A stretch of 31,175 nt of DNA from the IMG/VR virus record IMGVR_UViG_2585428076_000002; one strand, written 5' to 3'. Source of the stretch: an uncultured virus (IMG/VR IMGVR_UViG_2585428076_000002) (Duplodnaviria; Heunggongvirae; Uroviricota; Caudoviricetes). The notes under the pieces were generated by a model. The model saw only the letters and a program-made list of their open reading frames with translations. It searched no databases and was not told the DNA's origin. Positions 1 through 8,863 of the stretch are shown one piece after another. Both the position numbers and the translations under genes were made by a program. Numbering within the stretch: position 1 is the first letter of the stretch; every line of letters starts with the position of its first letter.

Positions 1-2
1 AG

Positions 3-692
3 GCCGCGCAGGTGCGCGACGAATATGAGCAGATCAAGGCACAGCTGGATGCCTATATTCCGCCGGAAGCACCGGTCATTGAGGATTTACCCGGTTACGC
101 GGAACGCCGCGCAAAGGTAATGCAGTACATCGAAGAGGCCCGCGAAAAGATCGGTCGTATCCAGTCCGATCAGCAGGCCGAGCGTGACCGGCTGAACAGC
201 CAGCTGTCCCAGCTGAATATAGAACTGACGCGCGTGTCTCAGGTGTTGGCAGCCAAGGCGCAGCTGGACGAGACCCGCGCTCGTGTGGATGAACTCAAGG
301 CCGAGCAGCGCACACAGGCGGCAGCTCTTGAGGAAATCGACCGCAAACTTGCAATGTGTGAGGACTTCACCCGCTACCGTTGCCAATTTATCACCGATTC
401 CGTGAATAGCCGGTTTAAGCTCGCCCGATTCCGACTGTTTGTCGAGCAGGTCAACGGCGGTGTGGCTGACTGCTGCGACGTGATGGTGGACGGCGTACCC
501 TATGCCGATCTCAACAACGCTATGCAGATCAATGTCGGCCTGGACATCATCGGCACACTGTCCGAGCACTATGGCTTGCGTGTACCGCTGGTCGTGGATA
601 ACGCTGAATCGGTCACCAGATTACAGGAAATCAACACGCAGGTGATTCGCCTGGTCGTGTCTGAACAGGATAAGGAGCTGAGAGTCGTATGA
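3..692 (+). CDS. SMC/SbcC-like ATPase, C-terminal part (5'-partial)
   Basis: Frame is open to the window edge. Long coiled coil, then LNNAMQINVGLDII and Walker B-like PLVVDNAESV, as in phage recombination-module ATPases. Confidence 0.8.
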   Translation, partial: AAQVRDEYEQIKAQLDAYIPPEAPVIEDLPGYAERRAKVMQYIEEAREKIGRIQSDQQAERDRLNSQLSQLNIELTRVSQVLAAKAQLDETRARVDELKAEQRTQAAALEEIDRKLAMCEDFTRYRCQFITDSVNSRFKLARFRLFVEQVNGGVADCCDVMVDGVPYADLNNAMQINVGLDIIGTLSEHYGLRVPLVVDNAESVTRLQEINTQVIRLVVSEQDKELRVV

Positions 693-1291
693 AGTTAAAG
701 GACAAGGTAAAGCCTGCTATCCCGCCGCTCGAAGCTGGCGTGTATATGGCGGTGTGCGTCGTGGTTGCCGATCTTGGCGATCAGTACAGTGAAAAGTTCA
801 AGAAATCCAGTCGCAAGGTGGTTTTCTCGTTCGATATTCCCACGGAAACGGTTGAGGTCGACGGCGAGCAGAAGCCCCGCCAGCTGTCCAAACGCTGCAC
901 CTTTTCCGTGAGCAAGAAGGGCAACTTGAATAAGATGCTGAATGCTTGGATGAATGCCAACATGAGTGAGCAGGAGCTTGGAGAACTCGACCTGTTTTCC
1001 CTGATCGGTCGGGGTTGCCAGATCCGCGTGACGGTCTCCGAGGATGGCGCACACAACAACATCGAGGATGTGATGGCATTGCCCAAGGGGATGCCTGCGC
1101 CGCAGTCCGATACCGCTCCCATTACTTATGACATTGACGAAGATGGATTTACCGGTGAGAAATGGGACGCGCTGCCGGCATGGATGCGTGAGGCCATTGA
1201 AAAGAGCGACCAGTATCAGCAGGACCCGCCGGACAAGCCGTTGGATATGCCCGCTGAATCCGCCGCACAGGAAGGGGCGTGCCCGATTTGA
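689..1291 (+). CDS. Putative ssDNA-binding/replication protein (NGO0469-like)
   Basis: GVYMAVCxxVxDLGxQ N-terminal motif, acidic C-terminal tail ending CPI, ATGA overlap with the ATPase gene. Confidence 0.6.
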   Translation: MKLKDKVKPAIPPLEAGVYMAVCVVVADLGDQYSEKFKKSSRKVVFSFDIPTETVEVDGEQKPRQLSKRCTFSVSKKGNLNKMLNAWMNANMSEQELGELDLFSLIGRGCQIRVTVSEDGAHNNIEDVMALPKGMPAPQSDTAPITYDIDEDGFTGEKWDALPAWMREAIEKSDQYQQDPPDKPLDMPAESAAQEGACPI

Positions 1292-1983
1292 CCTTTCGCA
1301 GTCTGGCCAGCAGCTCCAAGGGCAACGCCTATCTGGTGAGTGACGGCGAAACCGTCTTGCTCTTGGAATGCGGCCTGCCGTATAAGAAGCTGGCCGAAAA
1401 GTCTGGGTTTACCCTCATGGACACCGCCGCTTGCTTTGTGACCCACGAGCACAAGGATCATAGTCATGCAGCGGAACAGCTTGTAAAGCGCGGTATTCCG
1501 GTATTCATGTCTGAGGGCACCGCACGGGCGCTGGAACTGTGGGATGCTGAGATTATCGAACCCAATGTTCCGATCATGGTCGGGGCGTTTCGAGTGATGG
1601 CTTTCCGTGTGGCGCATGATGCAGCCGATCCGGTCGGTTATCTGATTGATGACACACGCACCGGCGAGCGCCTGATGTTCGCAGCAGATACTCGCAGCCT
1701 GTCGTATATCGTCCCGCACCTGACCTATATTGCCGTCGAGTGCAATTACGAAGAAAGCCTTCTGGCTGCATCCCAGCGCATCCCGGAGAGCCTGAAGAAT
1801 CGCATCCGGCACAGCCATTTTGAGGTCGAGGACGTGATCCGGTGGCTAAAAAAGCAGGACTTGTCTCACGTCCTGACCATCTACTTACTGCACCTGTCTG
1901 CTGGGAATAGCCGTGCTGCGGCATGGCAGACACGTTTCGTCCGGGAGTTTCCGGGCGTTGACATTCAGATTTGCAAGGAGTAA
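1279..1983 (+). CDS. MBL-fold metallo-hydrolase (phage nuclease)
   Basis: SSSKGNAY, THEHKDH (HxHxDH), HDA, ADT, ECNY, HLS motifs. Confidence 0.92.
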   Translation: MPDLTFRSLASSSKGNAYLVSDGETVLLLECGLPYKKLAEKSGFTLMDTAACFVTHEHKDHSHAAEQLVKRGIPVFMSEGTARALELWDAEIIEPNVPIMVGAFRVMAFRVAHDAADPVGYLIDDTRTGERLMFAADTRSLSYIVPHLTYIAVECNYEESLLAASQRIPESLKNRIRHSHFEVEDVIRWLKKQDLSHVLTIYLLHLSAGNSRAAAWQTRFVREFPGVDIQICKE

Positions 1984-1989
1984 AAGACC

Positions 1990-2241
1990 ATGAACGAAAA
2001 GCATTACGACAACCTGTGTGAGATCGCACAGAATACTAGCGAGCCCGGCGCACAGCTGTTTGCGGAGCTTGCCGCCATGCATTACGCGTCCTCTGGCAAG
2101 AGCAGTCGAGCAGATCACGTCCAGAGGATTGCGCAGATGTATAACACACTGGACATTCTCTGCATTGTGCTCAATTGTGAAGACGAGGTGCAGGACATTG
2201 CAGAACAGCTTGCGGTTGCAAAACTTGCCTCTAAGGCGTGA
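1990..2241 (+). CDS. Hypothetical protein
   Basis: AAGGAG RBS, ATG start, fills the gap in the operon. Confidence 0.7.
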   Translation: MNEKHYDNLCEIAQNTSEPGAQLFAELAAMHYASSGKSSRADHVQRIAQMYNTLDILCIVLNCEDEVQDIAEQLAVAKLASKA

Positions 2242-2248
2242 CACGATT

Positions 2249-2276
2249 GGGGCGGCTTCGGTCGCCCCGGCCTTTT
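2249..2276 (+). terminator. GC-rich hairpin, possible terminator/attenuator before the replication gene
   Basis: GGGGCGGC-TTCG-GTCGCCCC (cUUCGg tetraloop); the U-tract is weak and displaced. Confidence 0.5.
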
Positions 2277-2289
2277 AGGAGGTGAGAAA

Positions 2290-3048
2290 TTGGCCGAACG
2301 CAGAATGTTTTCCAAAAAGATCGTGGGCTCTGCCCGATTCCTTCGACTTCCGGCGACAGCCCGGCTGCTGTACTACGATCTTGGCATGCAGGCAGATGAC
2401 GACGGGGTGGTCGAGGCATTCACCGTGCTGCAAATGACGCACGCAGATGAATCTGACCTTAACGCGCTGGTGGAGAAGGGATTTGTTCGGATACTTAATG
2501 ATGATCTTGTTTCCTTGATTATCGATTGGAAAACTAACAATTTAATCAGGAAAGACCGTTATATAGCGAGTTTTTATCGTTATCTGTTGCCTGATTTTGA
2601 TGGTATACCGGATGACAACCAACGGTTAACCGACGGTAAACCAATGGTTAACCTAGGTAAGGATAGTATAGGTAAAGATAGGTTAGATCAGTATAGTATA
2701 GGTAAGGCGAGAGGTAAGGAGCCGGAACCATTCGACCCGAACGAATTCGATTCGATCAGAGAAGAATTTATAGGACGATTTTCGAGGGAACCAGACCGGG
2801 CGTTCTTACCGAGCATCAAGGCTCATATGGTAGCAGGCAAGAGTGAGCAGGATGTGATAGAGGTCATCCGGCAAGCTGCTCAGCGCCATCCACATAACCC
2901 GGAAGCCTACATACTGGCCGCGCTCAAACAGTATGAGAGTAAGCCTCAGGAGCTACCAGCCGCCGCCCGCCCGCTGGAACCGTGGGAACAGGATTGGATT
3001 GCTGAGGTCCAGCGCAGGCGGGAGCAGATGGGAGGATACGCGACGTGA
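2290..3048 (+). CDS. Phage replisome organizer / replication initiator
   Basis: MAERRMFSKKI...ADDDG N-terminus typical of the family; AGGAGGTG RBS with TTG start; internal iteron-like repeats. Confidence 0.88.
   Translation: MAERRMFSKKIVGSARFLRLPATARLLYYDLGMQADDDGVVEAFTVLQMTHADESDLNALVEKGFVRILNDDLVSLIIDWKTNNLIRKDRYIASFYRYLLPDFDGIPDDNQRLTDGKPMVNLGKDSIGKDRLDQYSIGKARGKEPEPFDPNEFDSIREEFIGRFSREPDRAFLPSIKAHMVAGKSEQDVIEVIRQAAQRHPHNPEAYILAALKQYESKPQELPAAARPLEPWEQDWIAEVQRRREQMGGYAT
2620..2720. repeat. Putative phage origin (iterons) inside the initiator gene
   Basis: GGTTAACC palindromes, ATAGTATAGGTAA at 2663-2675 and 2693-2705, several AGGTAA copies, AT-rich stretch upstream. Confidence 0.7.
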
Positions 3049-3860
3049 AGAAGCAGATCTTCCGAACCGCCGACCAAAAGGAGTTTGTCGACCTGTTTGA
3101 GGGCCTCTGTATGCGCAGACATGCATGGCAGGCGTGGGGGGATTTCGTGGAGGCGTGCGCGATCGCGGTGTCGAACTCCTGTGATAAGGCCAGCCTAGAC
3201 CGAAATAAACGGGAAGATCGCTACCGGCAGATCATGGCCGGATACGAGCCAAAGGAGCAGGAAATCTTCCCGAAGCTCTTCGGCGCACTGACTGAGGCGC
3301 TGGAACAAAACCCGGATCAAGATTTTCTGGGTGATATGTTTATGCGTCTGGAACTAGGCAGCCATTGGCACGGGCAGTTTTTCACACCGTACAACCTCTG
3401 CCGAGCCATCGCTGAGATCCAGATGGGAGATGTCGAGGAGCAAATCCAGAAACGCGGATGGGTGAGCATCAACGACTGCGCCTGCGGTGCCGGTGCGCTG
3501 CTGATCGCTGCCCGCAATGTCATGATGCGCGCGGGACAGGATTGGTCATCGGGGGCCCTGTTTGTTGCGCAGGACATCGACAGGACGGCGGCGCTCATGT
3601 GCTATCTGCAGCTGTCTCTGCTTGGATGCGCCGGGTATGTTGTGATTGCGGACAGTCTGCGATACCCGATCACCGGAAGCCTGCTGCGGCCGACACCGGC
3701 ACCAGAGCAGGACATCTGGTACACACCCACCCTGTACTTGTCGCCGGTGTGGGGGTATCGAATGCTGTGGGAGAGGATCGAGTCTGTGCAGCAGTGCGAG
3801 ACATCGGATCCAGAGCCAGAGGCCATGACCGACGTCGGGACGCAGCTGACTTTATTCTGA
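3045..3860 (+). CDS. N-6 DNA methylase-like protein (HsdM-like SAM-binding fold, no NPPY motif)
   Basis: GQFFTP, DCACGAGALL (motif I), AQDID, DSL; no motif IV follows. Confidence 0.8.
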   Translation: MKKQIFRTADQKEFVDLFEGLCMRRHAWQAWGDFVEACAIAVSNSCDKASLDRNKREDRYRQIMAGYEPKEQEIFPKLFGALTEALEQNPDQDFLGDMFMRLELGSHWHGQFFTPYNLCRAIAEIQMGDVEEQIQKRGWVSINDCACGAGALLIAARNVMMRAGQDWSSGALFVAQDIDRTAALMCYLQLSLLGCAGYVVIADSLRYPITGSLLRPTPAPEQDIWYTPTLYLSPVWGYRMLWERIESVQQCETSDPEPEAMTDVGTQLTLF

Positions 3861-3870
3861 GGAGGATGGT

Positions 3871-4086
3871 ATGGCAAAACGCAGACGGAAATACAAGGAT
3901 GGTTCGTTGTGCTGGGACTGTAAAAATGCAGTTCCTCACGGTGAGCATGGGTGCAGCTGGTCGGAATCGTTTGAGCCTGTGCCGGGATGGGATGCTCGCA
4001 GGAAGGACGTACTGACTGGAGCCAAGAAAGATCGGATGGCTGAGAGTTATTTTGTGCATGAGTGTCCGGAATTTGAAAAGGGGTGA
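3871..4086 (+). CDS. Small Cys-rich phage protein
   Basis: GGAGG RBS; CWDC...CSWS...PVPGW...CPEF. Confidence 0.8.
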   Translation: MAKRRRKYKDGSLCWDCKNAVPHGEHGCSWSESFEPVPGWDARRKDVLTGAKKDRMAESYFVHECPEFEKG

Positions 4087-4092
4087 GCAATA

Positions 4093-4251
4093 ATGAATAA
4101 CCGAGAGCGTGGATGGCCGGAGGACTGCCGGAAATGCAACCTGTACGACCACGAGAAGCAAGACTGTAGTATGCGGTCAATCAAGGATGCTGTGCCGATT
4201 TGTGAGTGCATGAGTTGCAAACGGTATGATTATTTGACGAGGGAGGAATGA
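4093..4251 (+). CDS. 52-aa Cys-rich protein (not in the ORF track)
   Basis: Translated by hand: MNNRERGWPEDCRKCNLYDHEKQDCSMRSIKDAVPICECMSCKRYDYLTREE; GGGGTG RBS; ATGA overlap with the next gene. Confidence 0.7.
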   Translation: MNNRERGWPEDCRKCNLYDHEKQDCSMRSIKDAVPICECMSCKRYDYLTREE

Positions 4252-4670
4252 TGGTGAAATACTCCGGAGAAAGACCGCTTGATTATCAGGAGATTATAAA
4301 CTGTCTTAGAGACCCGGACTGGAACGACGTTGAAGGAGATGACGGAACCTTACTGGATGATGCAGCGGATGCTCTCGAAAAGTCCGTGATTATCAAGGAC
4401 ATTCTGGGTAACGACTATGGTCTCGATCGCCTGCGGGAGCTGGTGCAGGCTGATCGCGAGGGACGGTGCGTGGTGCTGAGCACTCCGATGCGGCCGATGA
4501 TATGCAAGCCAAATGACACAGATGTGTATTGCCCAAGATGCGGCGAAACATTGTCAGGAGGATGGCCGGAATCTGATTACTATGATTACAGGAAAATGGT
4601 ACAGTGCCCGAACTGCGGCGAATCGATTGATGATAACAAATGCGAAACCGTAGAAAGGAGAGCGATATGA
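4248..4670 (+). CDS. Hypothetical protein with C-terminal zinc ribbon
   Basis: LDRLRELVQADREGRCVVL motif; CPRCG...CPNCG; GGAGG RBS. Confidence 0.8.
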   Translation: MMVKYSGERPLDYQEIINCLRDPDWNDVEGDDGTLLDDAADALEKSVIIKDILGNDYGLDRLRELVQADREGRCVVLSTPMRPMICKPNDTDVYCPRCGETLSGGWPESDYYDYRKMVQCPNCGESIDDNKCETVERRAI

Positions 4671-4966
4671 GACTGATTGATGCTGATGCTTTGAGCGAAT
4701 CAATAAAAGGCGGCGACGGGACACCTATGCAGAAGTTTTTTGCAGATGTTTGTTTGGCGGGCGCATCGACGGTTGATGCCGAACCGGTGGTGCATGGCAG
4801 GTGGATTCCAGAGCGCCACAAAGATCGGGTATCACAAACGGAATATCATAGTTATATCTGGTATCATTGCTCTGAGTGTGGCCGGAGATTGATTGGATAC
4901 AGAGATCCACGGGAGGCACCGTACTGTCATTGCGGCGCGAAAATGGACTTGATGGAGGACGTGTGA
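4667..4966 (+). CDS. Conserved phage zinc-ribbon protein (MRLIDAD type)
   Basis: AAGGAG RBS before ATG 4667; PVVHGRWI...CSECG...YCHCGAKMD. Confidence 0.82.
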   Translation: MRLIDADALSESIKGGDGTPMQKFFADVCLAGASTVDAEPVVHGRWIPERHKDRVSQTEYHSYIWYHCSECGRRLIGYRDPREAPYCHCGAKMDLMEDV

Positions 4967-5005
4967 TATATAGTCCCGAAGTGATACGCTACCTGAAATG
5001 GAGGT

Positions 5006-5419
5006 ATGAGATTGACGAGCAAGCAAGCGAAAGAATACTTACTGCGAGTGCGCCGTGTCAAACGGGAAGTGCAGCGCTATCAGGCGCTCAAGGCGCAGGC
5101 GCGTGATCTGGCGTGTTCTTCTACCGCGCCGCCGGACAAGCTGTCCGTGATCGGTGGGAAAGGCGGAGACGTATTCGCACGGTATGCCCAGTATGCAGCG
5201 ACGCTGGACGAGAAAATTTCTGACCTGTACGATCTACAAAACGAGGTCACTTGCACGATTGCCCGCGTGCCAGACAGCCGTTACCGGGAGCTGCTGCTGG
5301 GGTATTATGTCGAGGGATTGACTTGGGAGCAAACCGCGGTTGAGATGGGATACTCCTATCAAAACGTTGTGCAGTTCCTGCATCCGAAAGCACTCGCGCA
5401 AGTTGGAGAAATCCTTTGA
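5006..5419 (+). CDS. Late transcriptional activator (DUF1492/ArpU/RinA-like)
   Basis: AKEYL N-terminus, C-terminal sigma region 4-like HTH (YYVEGLTWEQTAVEMGYS), last gene before terS. Confidence 0.85.
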   Translation: MRLTSKQAKEYLLRVRRVKREVQRYQALKAQARDLACSSTAPPDKLSVIGGKGGDVFARYAQYAATLDEKISDLYDLQNEVTCTIARVPDSRYRELLLGYYVEGLTWEQTAVEMGYSYQNVVQFLHPKALAQVGEIL

Positions 5420-5449
5420 TAGTTTTTGATATAGCATCTGTGGTATTGT
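5415..5449 (+). promoter_or_regulatory. Putative activator-dependent late promoter
   Basis: TTTGATA direct repeats at 5415 and 5425 (10-bp spacing), then extended -10-like TGgTATTGT at 5441-5449. Confidence 0.55.
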
Positions 5450-5665
5450 GTATACATGGAAAGCAGGACAACGGACGGCATGTGAAACCCTCTTTTCTGA
5501 ACTCCTTGATTACCCGCTGGGAAACGTCTCAGCGGGATATCGGCCAAACTGCCGCGCGAGGCAGAACGGTCGCATTTGGCATTTTACCCCGATTCCCAGC
5601 AGATGAAGCGCCTCAGAGATGGGGCGCTTTGTCATGCTCAAATTTCCCAGAAAGGCGGTGACTTC

Positions 5666-6097
5666 ATGACCGATAAACAGCAAAAATTCTGTGAGGAATA
5701 CCTCATTGACTGTAATGCGACTCGTGCGTACAAAGCGGCTTATCCGTCGGTCATGAAGGACGAGACCGCACGCGCCAACGCAAGCCGACTGCTAACAAAT
5801 GCTAACGTGCGCCGCTATTTGGATGAACGGATGGCCGAACTATCCGAGCAGCGGATTGCCAAGGCCGAGGAAATATTGGGGTATCTGACCGATGTGATGC
5901 GAGGAAAGACGATTGCATCGGTTCTGGCATTGTGTGGTGACGGTTGTCAGGAGGTCATTGAAAAACCACCCGATATGCGGGAACGGCTCAAGGCAGCAGA
6001 ACTGCTGGGCAAACGATATGGCCTGTTTACAGACAAGATGGATGTGAGCGGAGCCGTGCCTGTGGTGATCGTAGGGGATGACCAGCTTGAAGATTGA
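5666..6097 (+). CDS. terS: Terminase small subunit
   Basis: MTDKQQKFCEEYLIDCNATRAYKAAY...RLKAAELLGKRYGLF; AAGGCGGTG RBS before ATG 5666. Confidence 0.95.
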   Translation: MTDKQQKFCEEYLIDCNATRAYKAAYPSVMKDETARANASRLLTNANVRRYLDERMAELSEQRIAKAEEILGYLTDVMRGKTIASVLALCGDGCQEVIEKPPDMRERLKAAELLGKRYGLFTDKMDVSGAVPVVIVGDDQLED

Positions 6098-7409
6098 CCA
6101 GCGGGAGCAGGTGATCCGGCTGCCCGAAGTGGTTGGTCGGGGCTATAAGACGTTTTGGAATTTCAAAGGGCGATACCGGGTGTGTAAGGGCAGCCGCGCA
6201 TCCAAGAAATCCAAGACCACGGCCTTGAACATCATCAAGCGCATGATGCAGTACCCGCAGGCCAATACCCTGGTTGTACGCAAGGTATTTCGTACGCTCA
6301 AAGATTCCTGTTTTACCGAACTCAAGTGGGCTATCAATCGCCTGGGCGCACAGGCGTATTGGGAGGTCAAAGAAAGCCCGCTCGAAATGACATATCGGCC
6401 GACCGGCCAGAAGATCTATTTCCGTGGACTGGACGATCCGATGAAGGTCACCTCAATCACGGTGGAATGGGGATACCTGTGCTGGTGTTGGGTGGAGGAA
6501 GCCTATGAGATCATGAACGAGGCCGACTTTGATATGCTGGATGAGTCCATCCGCGGTGCGATCCCGGAAGAGACCGGCCTGTTCAAGCAGATTACATTGA
6601 CGTTTAACCCGTGGAATGAAAAGCACTGGATCAGAAAGCGATTCTTTGGTGAAGTCACCGGGCAGGATGCCCAAGGAAACCCCGTATATCAGTTCCATGA
6701 CAGCTGGACTTCGCCGGACGGTCAGATCTACGCGACCACGACCAATTATTTGTGCAACGAATGGCTGGATGAGGCCGACCGCAAGGTGTTCGAGGTCATG
6801 AAGCGCAGTAACCCGCGGCGCTATCAGGTTGCAGGGCTGGGCGGCTGGGGTATCGTGGACGGCCTGGTGTATGAAAACTGGCGCGAGGAAGTCTTTGATG
6901 TCGCACAGATCAGCCAGAAGGCGGGCGTCAAGTCGGCATTTGGCCTGGACTTTGGCTATACCAACGATCCCTCGGCTTTATTCTGTGGACTGGTCAGCAA
7001 ATCAAAGCGAACGATCTGGGTGTTTGACGAACTGTATGAGAAGGCGTTGACCAACCGAGTGATCTGCGAGCGGGTGACAGCGATGGGATACGCCAAGGAG
7101 CGGATCAAGGCCGATGCCGCCGAGCCAAAGTCCATCGACGAGCTGCGAGAGCAGGGGCTGCGGCATATTCAGGCTGCCCGCAAGGGGCGGGACAGCGTAA
7201 ACAATGGTATTCAGTATATTCAGGGATACCAGATCATCATTCATCCGCGCTGCGTGCATTTTCTGACCGAGATTTCAAACTATACGTGGGCGACGGATAA
7301 ATTTGGCAACCGGATCAACACCCCCATCGACGACTTCAATCACCTGATGGACGCGATGCGGTACGCGTTGGAAGGAATGCTGACCGGGGAAAATTTCAGT
7401 TTTGACTAA
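6078..7409 (+). CDS. terL: Terminase large subunit, PBSX family
   Basis: KGSRASKKS Walker A variant, WVEEA Walker B, TFNP, GLDFG, NHLMDAMRY nuclease motifs. Confidence 0.97.
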   Translation: MTSLKIDQREQVIRLPEVVGRGYKTFWNFKGRYRVCKGSRASKKSKTTALNIIKRMMQYPQANTLVVRKVFRTLKDSCFTELKWAINRLGAQAYWEVKESPLEMTYRPTGQKIYFRGLDDPMKVTSITVEWGYLCWCWVEEAYEIMNEADFDMLDESIRGAIPEETGLFKQITLTFNPWNEKHWIRKRFFGEVTGQDAQGNPVYQFHDSWTSPDGQIYATTTNYLCNEWLDEADRKVFEVMKRSNPRRYQVAGLGGWGIVDGLVYENWREEVFDVAQISQKAGVKSAFGLDFGYTNDPSALFCGLVSKSKRTIWVFDELYEKALTNRVICERVTAMGYAKERIKADAAEPKSIDELREQGLRHIQAARKGRDSVNNGIQYIQGYQIIIHPRCVHFLTEISNYTWATDKFGNRINTPIDDFNHLMDAMRYALEGMLTGENFSFD

Positions 7410-7420
7410 GGAGGTGGACC

Positions 7421-8863
7421 GTGTTTGTGACAGAGACCGAGCGGGTCAGTCAAATCATTGCGCAGGGAGCGCGGAACGGTCTGCATGAGACCGAGTTTTT
7501 TGCCAGAGAGATTGTGGCTTGGATGCACTCGCCGCAGCGTCGGGAGCAGATCGACGGCTGGCGATATTATCATGGCGATCATGACATTCTGCGGCGCAAG
7601 CGCACAGCACTGGGTGCGGACGGCAAACCGATGGTGATTGATAACCTGCCCAATCATCATGTCATTGACAACCAGTACGCCAAGATGGTCGATCAGAAGG
7701 TGGACTATTTGCTGGGCAATCCCTTTTCCATTACCGCAGACAACCCCGACTATGCGCAGATGTTGGGACAATATCTGAACAGCACCTTTGCCCGCACACT
7801 CAAGTACATTGCAGAGGAGGCACTGTGCGGTGGAATTGCCTGGATGTTCGTCTGTTATGACGATGCAGGTACCCTGTGCTTTCGGCATTTCCCAGCCTAT
7901 GAGATTCTGCCGTTTTGGTCGGATGATGACCATACCAAGCTGGATGCCGCGTGTCGGCTCTATTTGCAGGAAGTATGGGACGGACTGACCAAAAAGTACA
8001 TACACAAGGTCGAACTCTATCGAGCGGATGGAATCTATCGCTATGTACTGGACGGCTCGACGCTGGTGCCTGATGTGGCGCTGGGGACGTATTCGCCCTA
8101 TATCGTCATGCAGGGAGACCAGACGCAGCCGGATGTGCCGTATGCCTGGGAACGCTTCCCGCTCGTCCCGTTCAAGGCAAACAAGCAGGAGATTCCGCTC
8201 ATTCGGCGGGTACGCTCTTTGCAGGATGGCCTCAACCTGTTGCTGTCTGACTTCCAGAACCGAATGGAAGAGGACAGCCGCAACACCATTTTGATTCTGC
8301 GCGAGTATGACGGGGAAAACCTTGGAGAGTTTCGCCGCAATCTGGCTGCCTATGGCGCGGTCAAGGTGCGCGGCGAGGGCGGCGTGGAAAGTCTGGCGGT
8401 TGAGGTCAGCGCACAGAACTACCAGGCTATCGTGGAACTGTTCCACAAGGCACTGGTGGAGAATGCCCGCGGACTGGATGCCAAGGATGACCGGATGTCG
8501 GGCAATCCCAATCAGATGAATATTCAGTCGATGTATGCGGATATTGATCTGGATGCAAACGGGATGGAAGTAGAGTTTCAGGCCGCACTGGACGAGGTGC
8601 TGTGGTTCATCCGGCAGGATGCCAAAACACATGGTGCCGGAGACTTTGAACAGGACGCGTGCAAGATTGTGTTCAATCGGGATGTACCGGTGAGCACGAG
8701 CGAGACCATCCAGAATTGTCAGAATTCGGTTGGTCTGTTGTCTGACGAGACCATTCTGGCCAATCACCCGTTCGTGACCGACGTACGTGCCGAGATGGAG
8801 CGCATCCGCCGGGAGCGGCAGCAGGTGAGCGGGGATGCTTGGGGAGTAGAGGATGGATCGTGA
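7421..8863 (+). CDS. Portal protein, SPP1 gp6-like
   Basis: YY.G.HDIL, NQYAKMVDQKVDYLLGNP motifs; size and position after terL. Confidence 0.95.
   Translation: MFVTETERVSQIIAQGARNGLHETEFFAREIVAWMHSPQRREQIDGWRYYHGDHDILRRKRTALGADGKPMVIDNLPNHHVIDNQYAKMVDQKVDYLLGNPFSITADNPDYAQMLGQYLNSTFARTLKYIAEEALCGGIAWMFVCYDDAGTLCFRHFPAYEILPFWSDDDHTKLDAACRLYLQEVWDGLTKKYIHKVELYRADGIYRYVLDGSTLVPDVALGTYSPYIVMQGDQTQPDVPYAWERFPLVPFKANKQEIPLIRRVRSLQDGLNLLLSDFQNRMEEDSRNTILILREYDGENLGEFRRNLAAYGAVKVRGEGGVESLAVEVSAQNYQAIVELFHKALVENARGLDAKDDRMSGNPNQMNIQSMYADIDLDANGMEVEFQAALDEVLWFIRQDAKTHGAGDFEQDACKIVFNRDVPVSTSETIQNCQNSVGLLSDETILANHPFVTDVRAEMERIRRERQQVSGDAWGVEDGS

Noticed and set aside
2620..2720. CRISPR-like or ncRNA repeat array
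   Set aside because: Short imperfect repeats inside the initiator ORF without unique spacers; they fit origin iterons.
5416..5661. 81-aa ORF, and the N-terminal extension of terS from 5576
   Set aside because: No good RBS; the region is better explained as promoter plus structured leader, and the terS motif starts at ATG 5666.
6650..6730. Possible intein or intron in terL
   Set aside because: Only a short in-frame loop; no splicing motifs, and the protein is of normal length.
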